Assembly (NCBI GenBank): GCA_951406725.2
Contig: OX597833.1
Location: 56,978,001 to 57,042,000 of the forward strand
Length of the DNA: 64,000 nucleotides
From: Octopus vulgaris
Lineage: Eukaryota
Direction: 5' to 3'
Part shown: positions 25,297 to 38,900 of the stretch, one piece after another
Numbering within the stretch: the stretch's first letter is position 1
Layout: each line of letters starts with the position of its first letter
Translations under genes and position numbers: made by a program
Notes under the pieces: model-generated
Databases searched by the model: none
The model's input: only the letters and a program-made list of their open reading frames with translations
What the model was told of the DNA's origin: nothing

Positions 25297-25660
25297 CTCG
25301 TATTAAGATAGGACACATCAATGTACTCCCAGGCACATCTAAATATACAGGATGGTCATGGTTGGTCTGCCACGACCATCCTGTCACAGCATTCCAGCTA
25401 TGACCATCCTGTAATATAAACAACAACAAGGAAGAAATGTTATAAAAGTATCTTCTTTCCTTCCCGTAAGCTGCTTACTCATTCCAGATTGGCAATCTAC
25501 CAAAATGATAAGGTTTCTGCCTGTTTGCCAAAGCAGCCAAAAGTTTACTCCAAAATCACGAAACGGAGCCTTTGTTTTCACACAGACGGTCTCGACAACT
25601 AAATTCCAGTTTGGAAATTTCTGGTAAATCACTTAATCACAAAACTGAATTCAATAACAT

Positions 25661-25859
25661 TTACTCTTTACTCTATTACTCTTTTTACTGGTTTCAGTCA
25701 TTTGACTGTGGCCAAGCTGGAGCACTGCCTTTAATCGAGCAAATCAACCCCAGGACTTATTCTTTGTAAGCCTAGTACTTATTCTATCGGTCTCTTTCGC
25801 TGAACCGCTAAGTAACGGGATGCAAACATACAGACACACAAACATATACACACACATAC

Positions 25860-25911
<52 letters not shown>

Positions 25912-26042
25912 GACAGGCTTCTTTCAGTTTCTGTCTACCAAATCCACTAGTACTTATTCTATCGGTTTCTTTCGCCGAACTGCTAAGTTACGGGATGCAA
26001 CCGCACAGACACACAAACATATACATATATATATATATATAT

Positions 26043-26095
<53 letters not shown>

Positions 26096-26255
26096 CATAC
26101 ATATGACGGGCTTATTTCAGTTTCCGTCTACCAAATCCACTCACAAGGCTTTGGTCAGCCCAAGGCTATAGTAGAAGACACTTGCCCAAGGTGCCACGCA
26201 GTGGGACTGAACCCAGAACCATGTGGTTGGTAAGCAAGCTACCTACCACACAGCT
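25661..26255 (-). mobile_element. SINE family A with internal tandem duplication
   Basis: Segment 25772-25948 is repeated at 25948-26140. Confidence 0.85.
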
Positions 26256-26624
26256 ACACTTTTTTTCATGGGATGGTTTAGGAAGAATACAAACTTGTTA
26301 CCAGTTCAAATATGCTTGAGGTATATATGAACTTGCAAGAAAGCCATTCACTGTAATTTGTCATGGAGAAAATTTCTGAACACATCAAATGATTTGATTT
26401 CAATAAAACTAAGTTTTTTAATCAAGAATTTTGAAGAACACAAATTGTGCCCTACTTTCATAAGTGAAAGAAAAAGACATGTTAAATAATATAGTCCAAC
26501 ATACCCTTAAAAAATAGGAGGGGCATGACAGGAATGTCTTTGATCTTAGGTGTGCTTGCTCAAGGTGGACCAAGCTCCAAACAGCAATAACAACAACAAC
26601 AACATGAAATCACTACATGATTAT

Positions 26625-26796
26625 AGGCGCAGGAGTGGCTGTGTGGTAAGTAACTTGCTAACCAACCACATGGTTCCGGGTTCAGTCCCACTGCGTGGCA
26701 TCTTGGGCAAGTGTCTTCTGCTATAGCCCCAGGCCGACCAATGCCTCGTGAGTGGATTTGGTAGATGGAAACTGAAAGAAGCCTGTCGTATATATG

Positions 26797-26829
<33 letters not shown>

Positions 26830-27038
26830 TTGTGTGTCTGTGTTTGTTCCCCTAGCATTGCATGACAACCGATGCTGGTGTGTTTACGTACCCGTCACTT
26901 AGTGGTTCGGCTAAAAGAGACCGATAGAATAAGTACTGGGCTTACAAAGAATAAGTCCCGGGGTCAATTTGCTCGACTAAAGGCGGTGCTCCAGCATGGC
27001 CACAGTCAAATGACTGAAACAAGTAAAAGAGTAAGAGT
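26625..27038 (+). mobile_element. SINE family A
   Basis: Full-length copy. Confidence 0.9.
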
Positions 27039-28525
27039 ATGATGATAAAATCTTCTGCAGCAACTCTATGGATCTTGCGATGTTTGTTTGTATTTGAAGA
27101 ATACCAAAACTAAACACGACCGAGATGCTAAACCTTATCATTCAGATACTTTTCCTATCAAGGACATCTCAAATACATTAGACAGATTTTTACCCCACCA
27201 AACTTTAAGGATTTGCAGCATGTGGGCCCTGAAACCTCAAATGGTAGGAATTTGTTTAAGGGATAATTTAGCTGCTGAATAAACATATTTGGTGAGTGAC
27301 ATTCTAAAAGAAATCTCTCAGATCAAGGAATCGGACTGTATTTATTGCACTAACATATACAGATAAATAAATATTTATCCTTTTATTTTTATCAGCTGTG
27401 AAGTGACACACTGTACAAGCTCCCCACAACCCCCTTTTTAAAAAAAATTTTTTTTAAGGAACAGGGAATTTATATTATTGTTTTATAGATGTTGATGTTG
27501 TTTTTGCCTCTGCTTTTATTGTTATTTGGGTGTGAAATTTTAACCCCACAAGTTGAAACTCTGTCCCACCCATTTTGTTGGGTTCCTTGTCAAAGTGCTT
27601 CCTTCGTTTTGTCTCTGATCTTTTACTTGTTTCATTCTTTTGACCGCGGCCATACTGGGGCATCACCTTGAAGAATTCTTTTCAGTCGAATAAATCAATC
27701 CCAGTACGTTTTTTTTTTTAAAGCCTGGTTCTTATTCTGTTGCTCTCGTTTGCTGAACTGCTAAGTTAAGGGGATATAAAACATACCAACACCAGCTGTC
27801 AAGCAGTAGTGGAGGACAAACACACAAAGGCACAGAAAGACACACACACACAGGCACACATATACAATGGGTTTCTTTCATTTTCCATCGACCAAATCCA
27901 CTTACAAGAGTTTGGTCGACCTGAGGCTATAGAAGTAGACACTTATCCAAAAGTGCAACTCAATGGGACTGAATCCAGAACCATGTCTCCACACAATCTT
28001 TGCAAAAGTTAAAGGGCTGGAATTTTAATTCACTTTAATTCCTTTTCTGCTTTTTTTTTTTTTCAAATTATGAAATTTAAAACAGCAGAAAAAAACTCAC
28101 AACATTTAATTTTAAAAAAATGATTTTAAGGTTTCAAGTTAAATGGAAATTTAAAAATAAAAACTTTATTTTTAGATTTCAATTCAAATGAAAATCATAT
28201 TTTAAAAATTGAATGTAGATTTTTTTCTACCCCACCATCACCTTACCTAATTCCAGTTTGTAATTATGTTTTAGATTTTTAATTATTTTCAATTAAAATT
28301 ATAAGTGTTGATAATTTTTTTAAAAACCAAAAATCATAATTTGGATAAAAAAATTGAGGAAACCTTCTGTAAAATATTGGTTTCAAATTTTGGCACAAGT
28401 CCAGCAAATCCCCCTACATCCTGTGCTCAACTGGTACTTATTTTATCAACCCCAAAAGGATGAAAAGCAAAGTTGATCTCGGCAGCATTTGAACTCAGAA
28501 TGTAAAGCCGAATGAACTACCACTA

Positions 28526-28687
28526 AGCGCAGGAGTGGCTGTGTGGTAAGTAGCTTGCTTACCAACCTCATGGTTCCAGGTTCAGTCTCACTGCGTGGCA
28601 CCTTGGGCAAGTATCTTCTACTATAGCCTCGGGCCGACCAAAGCCTTGTGAGTGGATTTGGTTGATGGAAACTGAAAGAAGCCCGTC

Positions 28688-28724
<37 letters not shown>

Positions 28725-28998
28725 GGGAAGTTTTATGAAAATAAACAAAAGACGAAGGCAGGTGGAGTACAAACAAACAATTGTATACGTTTGTGTGTCT
28801 GTGTTCGTCCCCCTAACATCGCTTGACAACCGATGCTGGTGTGTTTACGTCCCTGTCACTTAGCAGTTTGGCAAGAGAGACCGATAAAATAAGCACTAGG
28901 CTTACAAAGAATAAGTTCTGGGGTCGATTTGCTCGACTAAAGGTGGTGCTGCAGCATGGCCACAGTCAAATGACTGAAACAAATAAAAGAATAAAAGA
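28526..28998 (+). mobile_element. SINE family A
   Basis: Full-length copy interrupting an older family-B-like relic. Confidence 0.85.
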
Positions 28999-29064
28999 AA
29001 GCATCTTACCCTTATGCTAACAATTCTGCCAGCTGGCTGCCTCAGTCTTTTGTAAAATATTGAT

Positions 29065-29626
29065 AATCTTTTCTACTCTAGGCACAAGAACCAAAATTTT
29101 GGGGGAGGGGGCCGTTGATTAGATCGACCCAGTATGTAACTGGTACTTAATTTATTGACCCCAAAAAGATGAAAGGCAAAGTCGACTTGGGCAGAATTCA
29201 AACTCAGAACGTAAAGACAGAAATACCTATTTCTTTACTACCCACAAGGGCCTAAACATAGAGAGAACAAACAAGGACAGACAAAGGTATTAAGTCGATT
29301 ACATCGACCCTAGTGCATAACTGGTACTTAATTTATTGACCCTGAAAGGATGAAAGGCAAAGTCGACCTTGGCGGAATTTGAACCCAGAATGTAGCGGCA
29401 GACGAAATACCTATTTCTTTATTACCCACAAGGGGCTAAACACAGAGGGGACAAACAAGGACAGACATAGGTATTAAGTCGATTACATCGACCCCAGTGC
29501 GTAACAGGTACTTAATTTATCGACCCCGAAAGGATGAAAGGCAAAGTCGACCTCGGCGGAATTTGAACCGAGAACGTAGCGGCAGACGAAATACCGCTAA
29601 GCATTTCGCCCGGTGTGCTAACATGT
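29065..29626 (-). mobile_element. SINE family B concatemer (~3 units)
   Basis: ~184-bp units in tandem with a single head at the right end. Confidence 0.85.
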
Positions 29627-29989
29627 CTGATATTGATAATAAAACTTTGTAAAAATATTAATTTCTAATGCCAAGCACAGGAATGACTCTGTGGTTAAGA
29701 ACAACTGCTTGGTTTCAAGTTAAGTCCCACAGCATGACACCTTGAACAAATTTCTGCAACAGTACTGGGTCAGCCAAAACTTTATGAATGGAGTTGATAG
29801 ACAGAAACCGAAAGAAGCTAATCATATGTGTGTGTGTGTGTGTGTCTTTGTCTTTGTCTTGACATCAAGCGATAGTTGTAAACGAACGTCACCATTAAAC
29901 AAGTACTGTTCCCCAATTCTAGCATTTTATGAAAATATGTCTAGTCTAGCCATAGGGAGTATTATTTACATTGAAGCAAGTGGGGTTTG

Positions 29990-31397
<1,408 letters not shown>

Positions 31398-31553
31398 AGG
31401 ATTTGTGACAGGAAGGGCATCAAGCCATAAAAAGTCTGCTACAACGAATTCCATTGAAGCATGTAAAAGTGAACGTTAAAACGATGATGATGATGATTTT
31501 CTGACATGAATCTTAATTTTTTCTTGTTGCTTTTTTAGGTGGGAGCAATAACC

Positions 31554-31974
31554 GGATCTTTTCGGTTTGAACGGCAGTTTTTTCTAGCGGTGTCATATGA
31601 AATTGTCACCCATAATTATGACCCTAGAATCGATCTATTGCATTTCAATCTCTTTTAGGGTTAGGGTTAGGGGTGGGGAGAAGGGTATCTTTTTTTCTTC
31701 ACAAATGTAAATAAACCCAATCTGTTTCTTAAACGAGGGACATATTCATACGGCACAGAATGTTTTTTTTTTACCTCAATGGATGTCATTGATTGGTTGA
31801 AATTGCAGAAATTGAAGAAAAAAAACCAACAAATATCTTACAGACTATAGAATTTTCTCAAAAAAGCCAAGAGAAAAAGATGTTTTATAAACACATTCTA
31901 CCAGTATACGAAGTTTAAAGTGTTTAGTTACGTAGAAATTATGTCAAAAACTGCCGTTCAAACCGAAAAGATCC
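31554..31974. mobile_element. MITE, GGATCTTTTC family
   Basis: Inverted copy of 9210-9627; TSD CAATAACC/CAATAATC; internal TTAGGGTTAGGGTTAGGG. Confidence 0.88.
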
Positions 31975-32051
31975 CAATAATCGATTACATCATTATCCAG
32001 TCAATCGTCTCCGGTAGGGTGAAAGACAAAATTGACGGGATTTGTATTCCG

Positions 32052-32652
32052 ATTTCTTTATTACCCTATAGCAAGGGGCTAAACATAGAGGGGTCAAACA
32101 AGGACAGACAAAGGTATTAAATCGATTACATCGACCCCAGTGCGTAACTGGTACTTAATTTATCGACCCCGAAAGGATGAAAAGCAAAGTCGACCTCGAC
32201 GGAATTTGAACTCAGAACGTAACGGCAGACGAAATACCTATTTCTTTACTACCAACAAGGGGCTAAACACAGAGGCGACAAACAAGGACAGACAAATGGA
32301 TTAAATCGATTACATCGACCCCAGTGCGTAACTGGTACTTAATTTATCGACCCCGAAAAGATGAAAGGCAAAGTCGACCTCGGCAGAATTTGAACTCAGA
32401 ACGTAACGGCAGACGAAATACCTAATTTCTTTACTACCCACAAGGGGCTAAACATAGAGGGGACAAACAAGGACAGACAAACGGATTAAGTCGATTATAT
32501 CGATCTCCAGTGCGTAACTGGTACTTATTTAATCGACCCCGAAAGGATGAAAGGCAAAGTCGACCTCGACGGAATTTGAACTCAGAACGTAACAGCAGAC
32601 GAAATACCGCTAAGCATTTCGCCCGGCGTGCTAACGTTTCTGCCAGCTCGCC
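32052..32652 (-). mobile_element. SINE family B concatemer (3 units) directly upstream of ZNHIT2
   Basis: Units start near 32052, 32239 and 32423; single head ending at 32652. Confidence 0.9.
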
Positions 32653-32836
32653 ATTCCTGTCGCGATAAGCATTGCATTTGATCCTCCAGAATCGATGACG
32701 TTCGGTGAAATTCTTTAAACTTTTACTAGAAACACATGAAAAGAAAAAAAAAAGGCTTCTAGTCCAAGGGAGACTATTTCGTGTGAGAGAGAAAGAGTTG
32801 ACAACAGTTATCGTTCGTGAATTTGCTTGTTTAAAA

Positions 32837-32910
32837 ATGGAGTCGCCCATGGAAGAAAGCAGCGTGGAGAACATTGGTCTTTCGTCACAGAGAAGCAAAC
32901 CCTGTGTCTT
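32837..32910 (+). CDS. ZNHIT2: ZNHIT2 exon 1 (MESPMEESSVENIGLSSQRSKPCV)
   Basis: AAAAATGG start context; donor GTACGT at 32911; phase 2 joins exon 2 to complete the first CxxC (CVFC). Confidence 0.85.
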
Positions 32911-35900
32911 GTACGTATATTCCTTGTTCGTATGTTCTACATGCAATCACTGATCATATATAGGCAACTGTTTCCAATATATATTTTTTTTTTTCGTCCG
33001 TATTACTATTATATAACATCCGTCTTTTAATTCTACGGAGTTAGCGAAAGCCAACCTCTACTCCGTGGAACTGCTCCCAATAGCAGTCAAATCTCCCTTA
33101 AACCACGCTCTGGTGTCGTCTGAAAAGTAAAAGGAAGGACATATTATACAACGTAGCTCTGTTCTTATCAGATAAAAATGATAAATGGTAACAACTATTG
33201 TTTCGCTCTCCAGGTTGCCGGTCACCAAACGAAATGATACAAGCGATTGTTTACGAGAAAGTGAAAGTTGATCCTTACGTTCAAGGATCGCGTACCGTTC
33301 GTTCGATCTTATTGCTGTGGCCATACCGTCTCTGAGGCAGGTTTTCTATCCCTACTTGAAAACCTTCTTTATACGGTTAATGTTTTTGGATGGTAGTAAA
33401 GAATCTAAGGGCGCTTTGAGATACTTATTTCTTTATTACCCACAAGGGGCTAAACACAGAGGGGACAAACAAGGACAGACATAGGTATTAAGTCGATTAC
33501 ATCGTAACTGGTACTTAATTTATCGACCCCGAAAGGATGAAAGTCAAAGTCGACCACGGCGGAATTTGAACTCACAACGTAACGGCAGCCGAAATACCGC
33601 TAAGCATTTCGCCCGACGTGCTAACGATTCTGCCAGCTCACTGTCTCTGTGGCGCAATCGGCGCGTTCGGTTGTTAACCGAAAGGTTGGTGGTTCGAGCC
33701 CACACATGGACGATCGAGCGTTTTTCTTTAGGCGTAGGAGTGGCTCTGTGGTAAGTAGCTTATTTCCCAACCACGTGGTTTCGGGTTCAGTCCCACTGCG
33801 TGACACCTTGGGTAAGTGTCTTCTACTATAGCCTCGGGCCGACCAAAGCCTTGTGAGTGGATTTGGTAGACGGAAACTGAAAGAATCCCGTTGTATATAA
33901 GTATATATATAAATTTATGTGAGTGTGTATGTTTGTGTGTCTGTGTTTGTCCCGGCGATCTTTCGGTACAAGTACTATAACTGCCAATTATAAACCCACG
34001 TGGCTTTATTTACATTTCTGAAGAAAAAAGAAACCCTTCCCCAACCCCTAACCCTAACCCCAGATATTAAAAAAATGCACTTTACGGAAAGTGACGATCT
34101 TCTTCTTTAAACGTAAACAAACAGACGTGTGGCAGTTATGGTACTTGTACCGAAAGATCGTCGAATTAAGTACTAGGCTTAACAAAGAATAAGTCCTGGG
34201 GTCGATTTGCTCGACTAAAGACAGTGCTCCAGCATGGCCACAGTCAAATGACTGAAACAAGTAAAAGAGTAAAGAGTATATACTACACAGAGTAGATTGA
34301 TCGTTTCTTGCTCTGTGTTTACATTATTTATGTCTGCTGTGGCCACCACAACAGTCTTCGGTCATTTCAAGACAAGTCTGGATAACAATATAGGGATCTT
34401 TTCGGTTTGGACGGCAGTTTTTTCTAATTGTCACCCATAATTATGACCCATAATTATCGACCCTATTGCATTTCAATCTATTTTAGGGGGGTGGGGGAAG
34501 GATATCTTTTTTCTTCACAAATGTAAATAAACCCAATCTGTTTCTTAAACGAGGGACATATTCATAGGGCACAGAATGTTTTTTACCTCAATAGACGTCA
34601 CTCATTGGTTGAAATTGCAGAAATTTGAAGAAAAACAACAACAAATATCTTACAAACCATAGAATTTTCTCAATAAAGCCAAGAGAAAAAGATTTTTATA
34701 AACACATTCTACCAGTATACGAAGTTTAAAAGTGTTTAGTTACCCAGAAATTATGTTAAAAACTGCCGTTCAAACCAAAAAGATCCCAATTTAGAAGTAA
34801 CTTGATATACTGCCACACGATTATAAGGTGAGATACGATGGGCTGGACCTTCTAAAACTGACAGCCAAATCTCCCTCAAATCACTCTAAATATGAACGAC
34901 ATGAGGATAATGTTCTTGGTACACTCCTGTTTATTTAAAAGACAAGGTGGTTACGACTTCGATCGTATGTTTGCTCAGTCAAGGCTGAAACAAACAAAAC
35001 TGTATATCTACAGAGTTCAGTCTCAGGTAATATATTTAAGAAACGGGCATTCTTTTGATATAATTTGACGAAATCAAAACATTACACTTCGAGTATTTCC
35101 GTGGGTTGTGGAGTATAGATATAACGAAATTATGCCAGCAATGTCTCATTTTAACCCTTTAGTGTTCACATTATTCTGCCAAAATTAATCCTTTTTCATC
35201 CACATTGTTTTGAACTAATCATGCATTATGTTGTAGCTTTGAGATTTTGATGAGGTAACAATTAACTCCCTTTCATTACCAACCCAGCTGAAACCGGCTC
35301 TGGCCCTGAGTACAAACGTCTCGTTTTCATAAGTTTTTAAATAAAATCTTCCGCCAAACTTTAGTCGGAATTTATGTTCCTAACACTAGCTGAATGATAA
35401 CTAAGTTATTTTACTAAATTCTTTGTTATATCTAAAGTAATTAAAAGAAACACAGAGCATCTCAAAATAAATACAGTAATGAAAGGGTTAAAATGATATT
35501 GTAGGGTTGGTGTGAGAGACCAGATCTGGCCAGTTTGAACATAAAACAGGCAGAGTACTTTTGGCCGGATATGGCCAGTTTAAATGCTAAAGGGTTAAAC
35601 TCAAAGAAAAAAAGCCTTGCATATTTGTTCTTACCCGTTTCATGTGTGTATGTAAAATCCGCAAATTTCCAATCAGAAAACAGAATCGAACTGTCGTTTG
35701 TTTCCATGGAAACACCCGAAGTGAAATGTTTTGATTTTGTCAAGTTATATCAAAAGAATGCCAAGAAACGGAGGTCCCTTCAAATGTTATGATTATACAG
35801 AGCTGACCACAGTTACTTAATCTTTTATTTGTTTCAGTCATTGGACTGCGGCCTTGCTGAGACATCGCCTTGAAGGACTTTGTTGAACAAACGATCCCAG

Positions 35901-38900
35901 TATTTATTTTTAAGTCTCATACTTATTCTGTTGGTCTCTTTTACCGAATTGACGTAAACAAACCAACAAACACAAAGACATACGCACGCGTATGACCGGC
36001 TTCTCCTCAAGTTAGTGTCCGTTGATTGTGTGTGACCATCGATTCAATCATGTAGGAGTGGCTGTGTGGTAAGTAGCTTGCTAACCAACCACATGGTTCC
36101 GGGTTCAGTCCCACTGCGTGGCATCTTGGGCAAGTGTCTTCTGCTATAGCCCCGGGCCAACCAAAGCCTTGTGAGTGGATTTGGTAGACAGAAACTGAAA
36201 GAAGCCTGTCGTATATATGTATATATATATGTGTGTGTGTTTGTCCCCCTAGCATTGCTTGACAACCGATGCTGGTGTGTTTATGTCCCCGTTACTTAGT
36301 GGTTCGGCAAAACAGACCAATAGAATAAGTACTGGGCTTACAAAAAGAATAAGTCTCGGGGTCGAGTTGCTCGATTAAAGGCGGTGCTCCAGCATGGCCG
36401 CAGTCAAATGACTGAAACAAGTAAAAGAGAGTAAAGAGCACTCATCACATACATGTATACACCATCAGCTACACATATTCACCAACCTTAACCCTTTAGT
36501 GTTCAGATTATTCTATCAAACGTAATGCTTATTGATTCCCATTGATTTCAATTAATCATGCATTGTCTCATATCTTCAAGATCTTGATGGTGTAATTACC
36601 TAATGTGGAATAACATTGTAGGGTAGGTGTGAAGGCCTGGATCTGGTCAGTTTGAACATAAAACAGATTAACTATTTCGGCCGGATATGGCCGGTTTAAA
36701 TACTAAAAGGTTAAAGAATAGCAACCATATAATGCCTTTGCTTCTGTATTTTTTTATCATGTTTATATTGTTTTTTTTTTTGTTTTGTTCTTTTAGTTGT
36801 TTGCTCAATGTATCCAAATACACCTGTCCAAGATGTAAAGCCGTTTACTGTTCTGTCAACTGCTACCGAAGTGAAAAACACCTCCAATGCTCTGAATCGT
36901 TTTACAAGAACTGTGTCACCGAGGGACTGGTGGACCTTGCAGTCAGGTGAGGTATTTTGCTGTTTCCCTTTTGGGATTTTAATGTGTAGTGGAGAGCTGA
37001 ACCATCCTCAGGTACAGAGGATTCGCAATCTAGACTAGGGTCTGAAAGTTTACCACACCATAGTGTGGGTTACACCATGGTTCCTTTGCTTTGTGGCAGA
37101 AGTAGGACGAAAGAGTGAGAGAAAGTTATGGTGAAAGAGTACAGTGGGGTTCACCACCACGCCTCGCTGGAGCTTAGGTGTTTTTGCTCAATAAACACTC
37201 ACAATGCCCAGTCTAGGAATTGAAACCGCATTCGTAAGAACGCGAGTCCGCTGCCTTAACCACTGGGCCATTGCACCTCCATTCACTGTTGTTGTAGTCA
37301 TCATCTTTCTCTTCTTTGCTAACAGAACATCATTGATATTGTCATCATCATCATTGTTCCTTTGCTTTCTGACAGAAGTATGAAGAAAGAGTGAGAGAAA
37401 GTTGTGGTGAAAGAGTACCCCCCGCCCCCCCGCCGAAGCCTCGTGGAGCTCAGGTGTTTTTACTCAATAAACACTCACAATGTGCGATCTGGGAATTGAA
37501 ACCGCGTTCTTACGACCATGAGTCTGCTGCCCTAACCACTGGGCCATTGCGCCTCCACTGCTGTTCTTGTCTAGATGAGCTGTCCAGCTCTGCTCAACTA
37601 AACTCATGATTCTTAGAATGATCTAGATTCTAGTTGGGTTCTGATATCTGTGGTGTATCTAGATTGTGTGCCACTTGACACAGCCCTTGAGTTTGCCACC
37701 ACAAACTTATACAGTATTATACAGCAGACCCAGAAATACCTATTTCTTTACTACCCACAAGGGGATAAACACAGAGAGGACAAACGGATTAAGTCAATTA
37801 CATCAACTCCAGTGTGCAACTGGTACTTAATTTATTGACCCCGAAAGGATGAAAGGCAAAGTCAACCTCGGCGGAATTTGAACTCAGAACGTAATAGCAG
37901 ATGAAATATGGCTATGCATTTCGCCCGGCGTGCTAACGTTTCTGCCAGCTTGCTGCTCTGAGACCCAGAAATACCACTCCCATCCTTAAAATGTTACGAA
38001 TATGTGTGTGTGTGGTAGTGTCTCTATGCCTTCTAAATGAATGTCATCATCTTGCAAGCAGTGTTCTTCATTTCCAATCTTCAGTAAAACCATGTCTTGT
38101 CATGAAGAATACTACCTTTGTAAGAAACCAGTGATGAAACCAGTGATGACCCCTGGCCCTAAGCTATGCTACTATCTGATGTTTGCAAAGGGACTTATGT
38201 GGCACAGATAATTTCATCTTCTATTTGTGAACTGCTTCTTTTTTTCCTTCAATTGTATTTATTTTGTGTTTTTGGTTTTACAGTCAATCAGAAAGAGAAA
38301 AGATGATTGAAATTCTGAAGAAAGCTTCTGAAGCTGATGATGATGATTATGAAGACTCTGATGAGGGTAAAGTCATATAGTCACTTTGACATTTTACTTC
38401 TTAATTGCTTAGTCTCTGTTGCTGTTCTTGGTGCTGCTGTTATTATGGATGTTACAGGGCAGCAGTGGATAATATTTTCCCATCAAAATTCTAAATAGTA
38501 GTTGTGATACCTGTGCCGGTGGCACGTAAAAAGCACCATCCAAACGTGGCCGATGCCAGTGCCGCTGTGACTGGCTTCTGTGCCGGTGGCACGTAAAAAG
38601 CACCAACTGATTGTGGCCGCTGCCAGGCTCCCCTCGCCCCCGTGCTGGTGGCACGTAAAAAGCACCAACCGATCGTGGCCGCTTGCTAGCATCCTCTGGC
38701 ACCTGTACCAGTGGCACATAAAAAGCACCCACTACACTCACTGAGTGGTTGGCGTTAGGAAGACTGCCAGATCAGACTGGAGCCTGGTGCAGCCTCCTGG
38801 CTTCTCAGACCCCGGTCGAACCGTCCAACCCGTGCTAGCACGGAAAACGGACGTTAAACGATGATGATGATGATGATTTCATTTGAGAATTTGTAAGAAA

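Noticed and set aside
38508-38730. Repeat-spacer-like pattern resembling a CRISPR array
   Set aside because: The linkers are mutually similar, the pattern is internal to a dispersed SINE, the context is eukaryotic and there are no cas genes.
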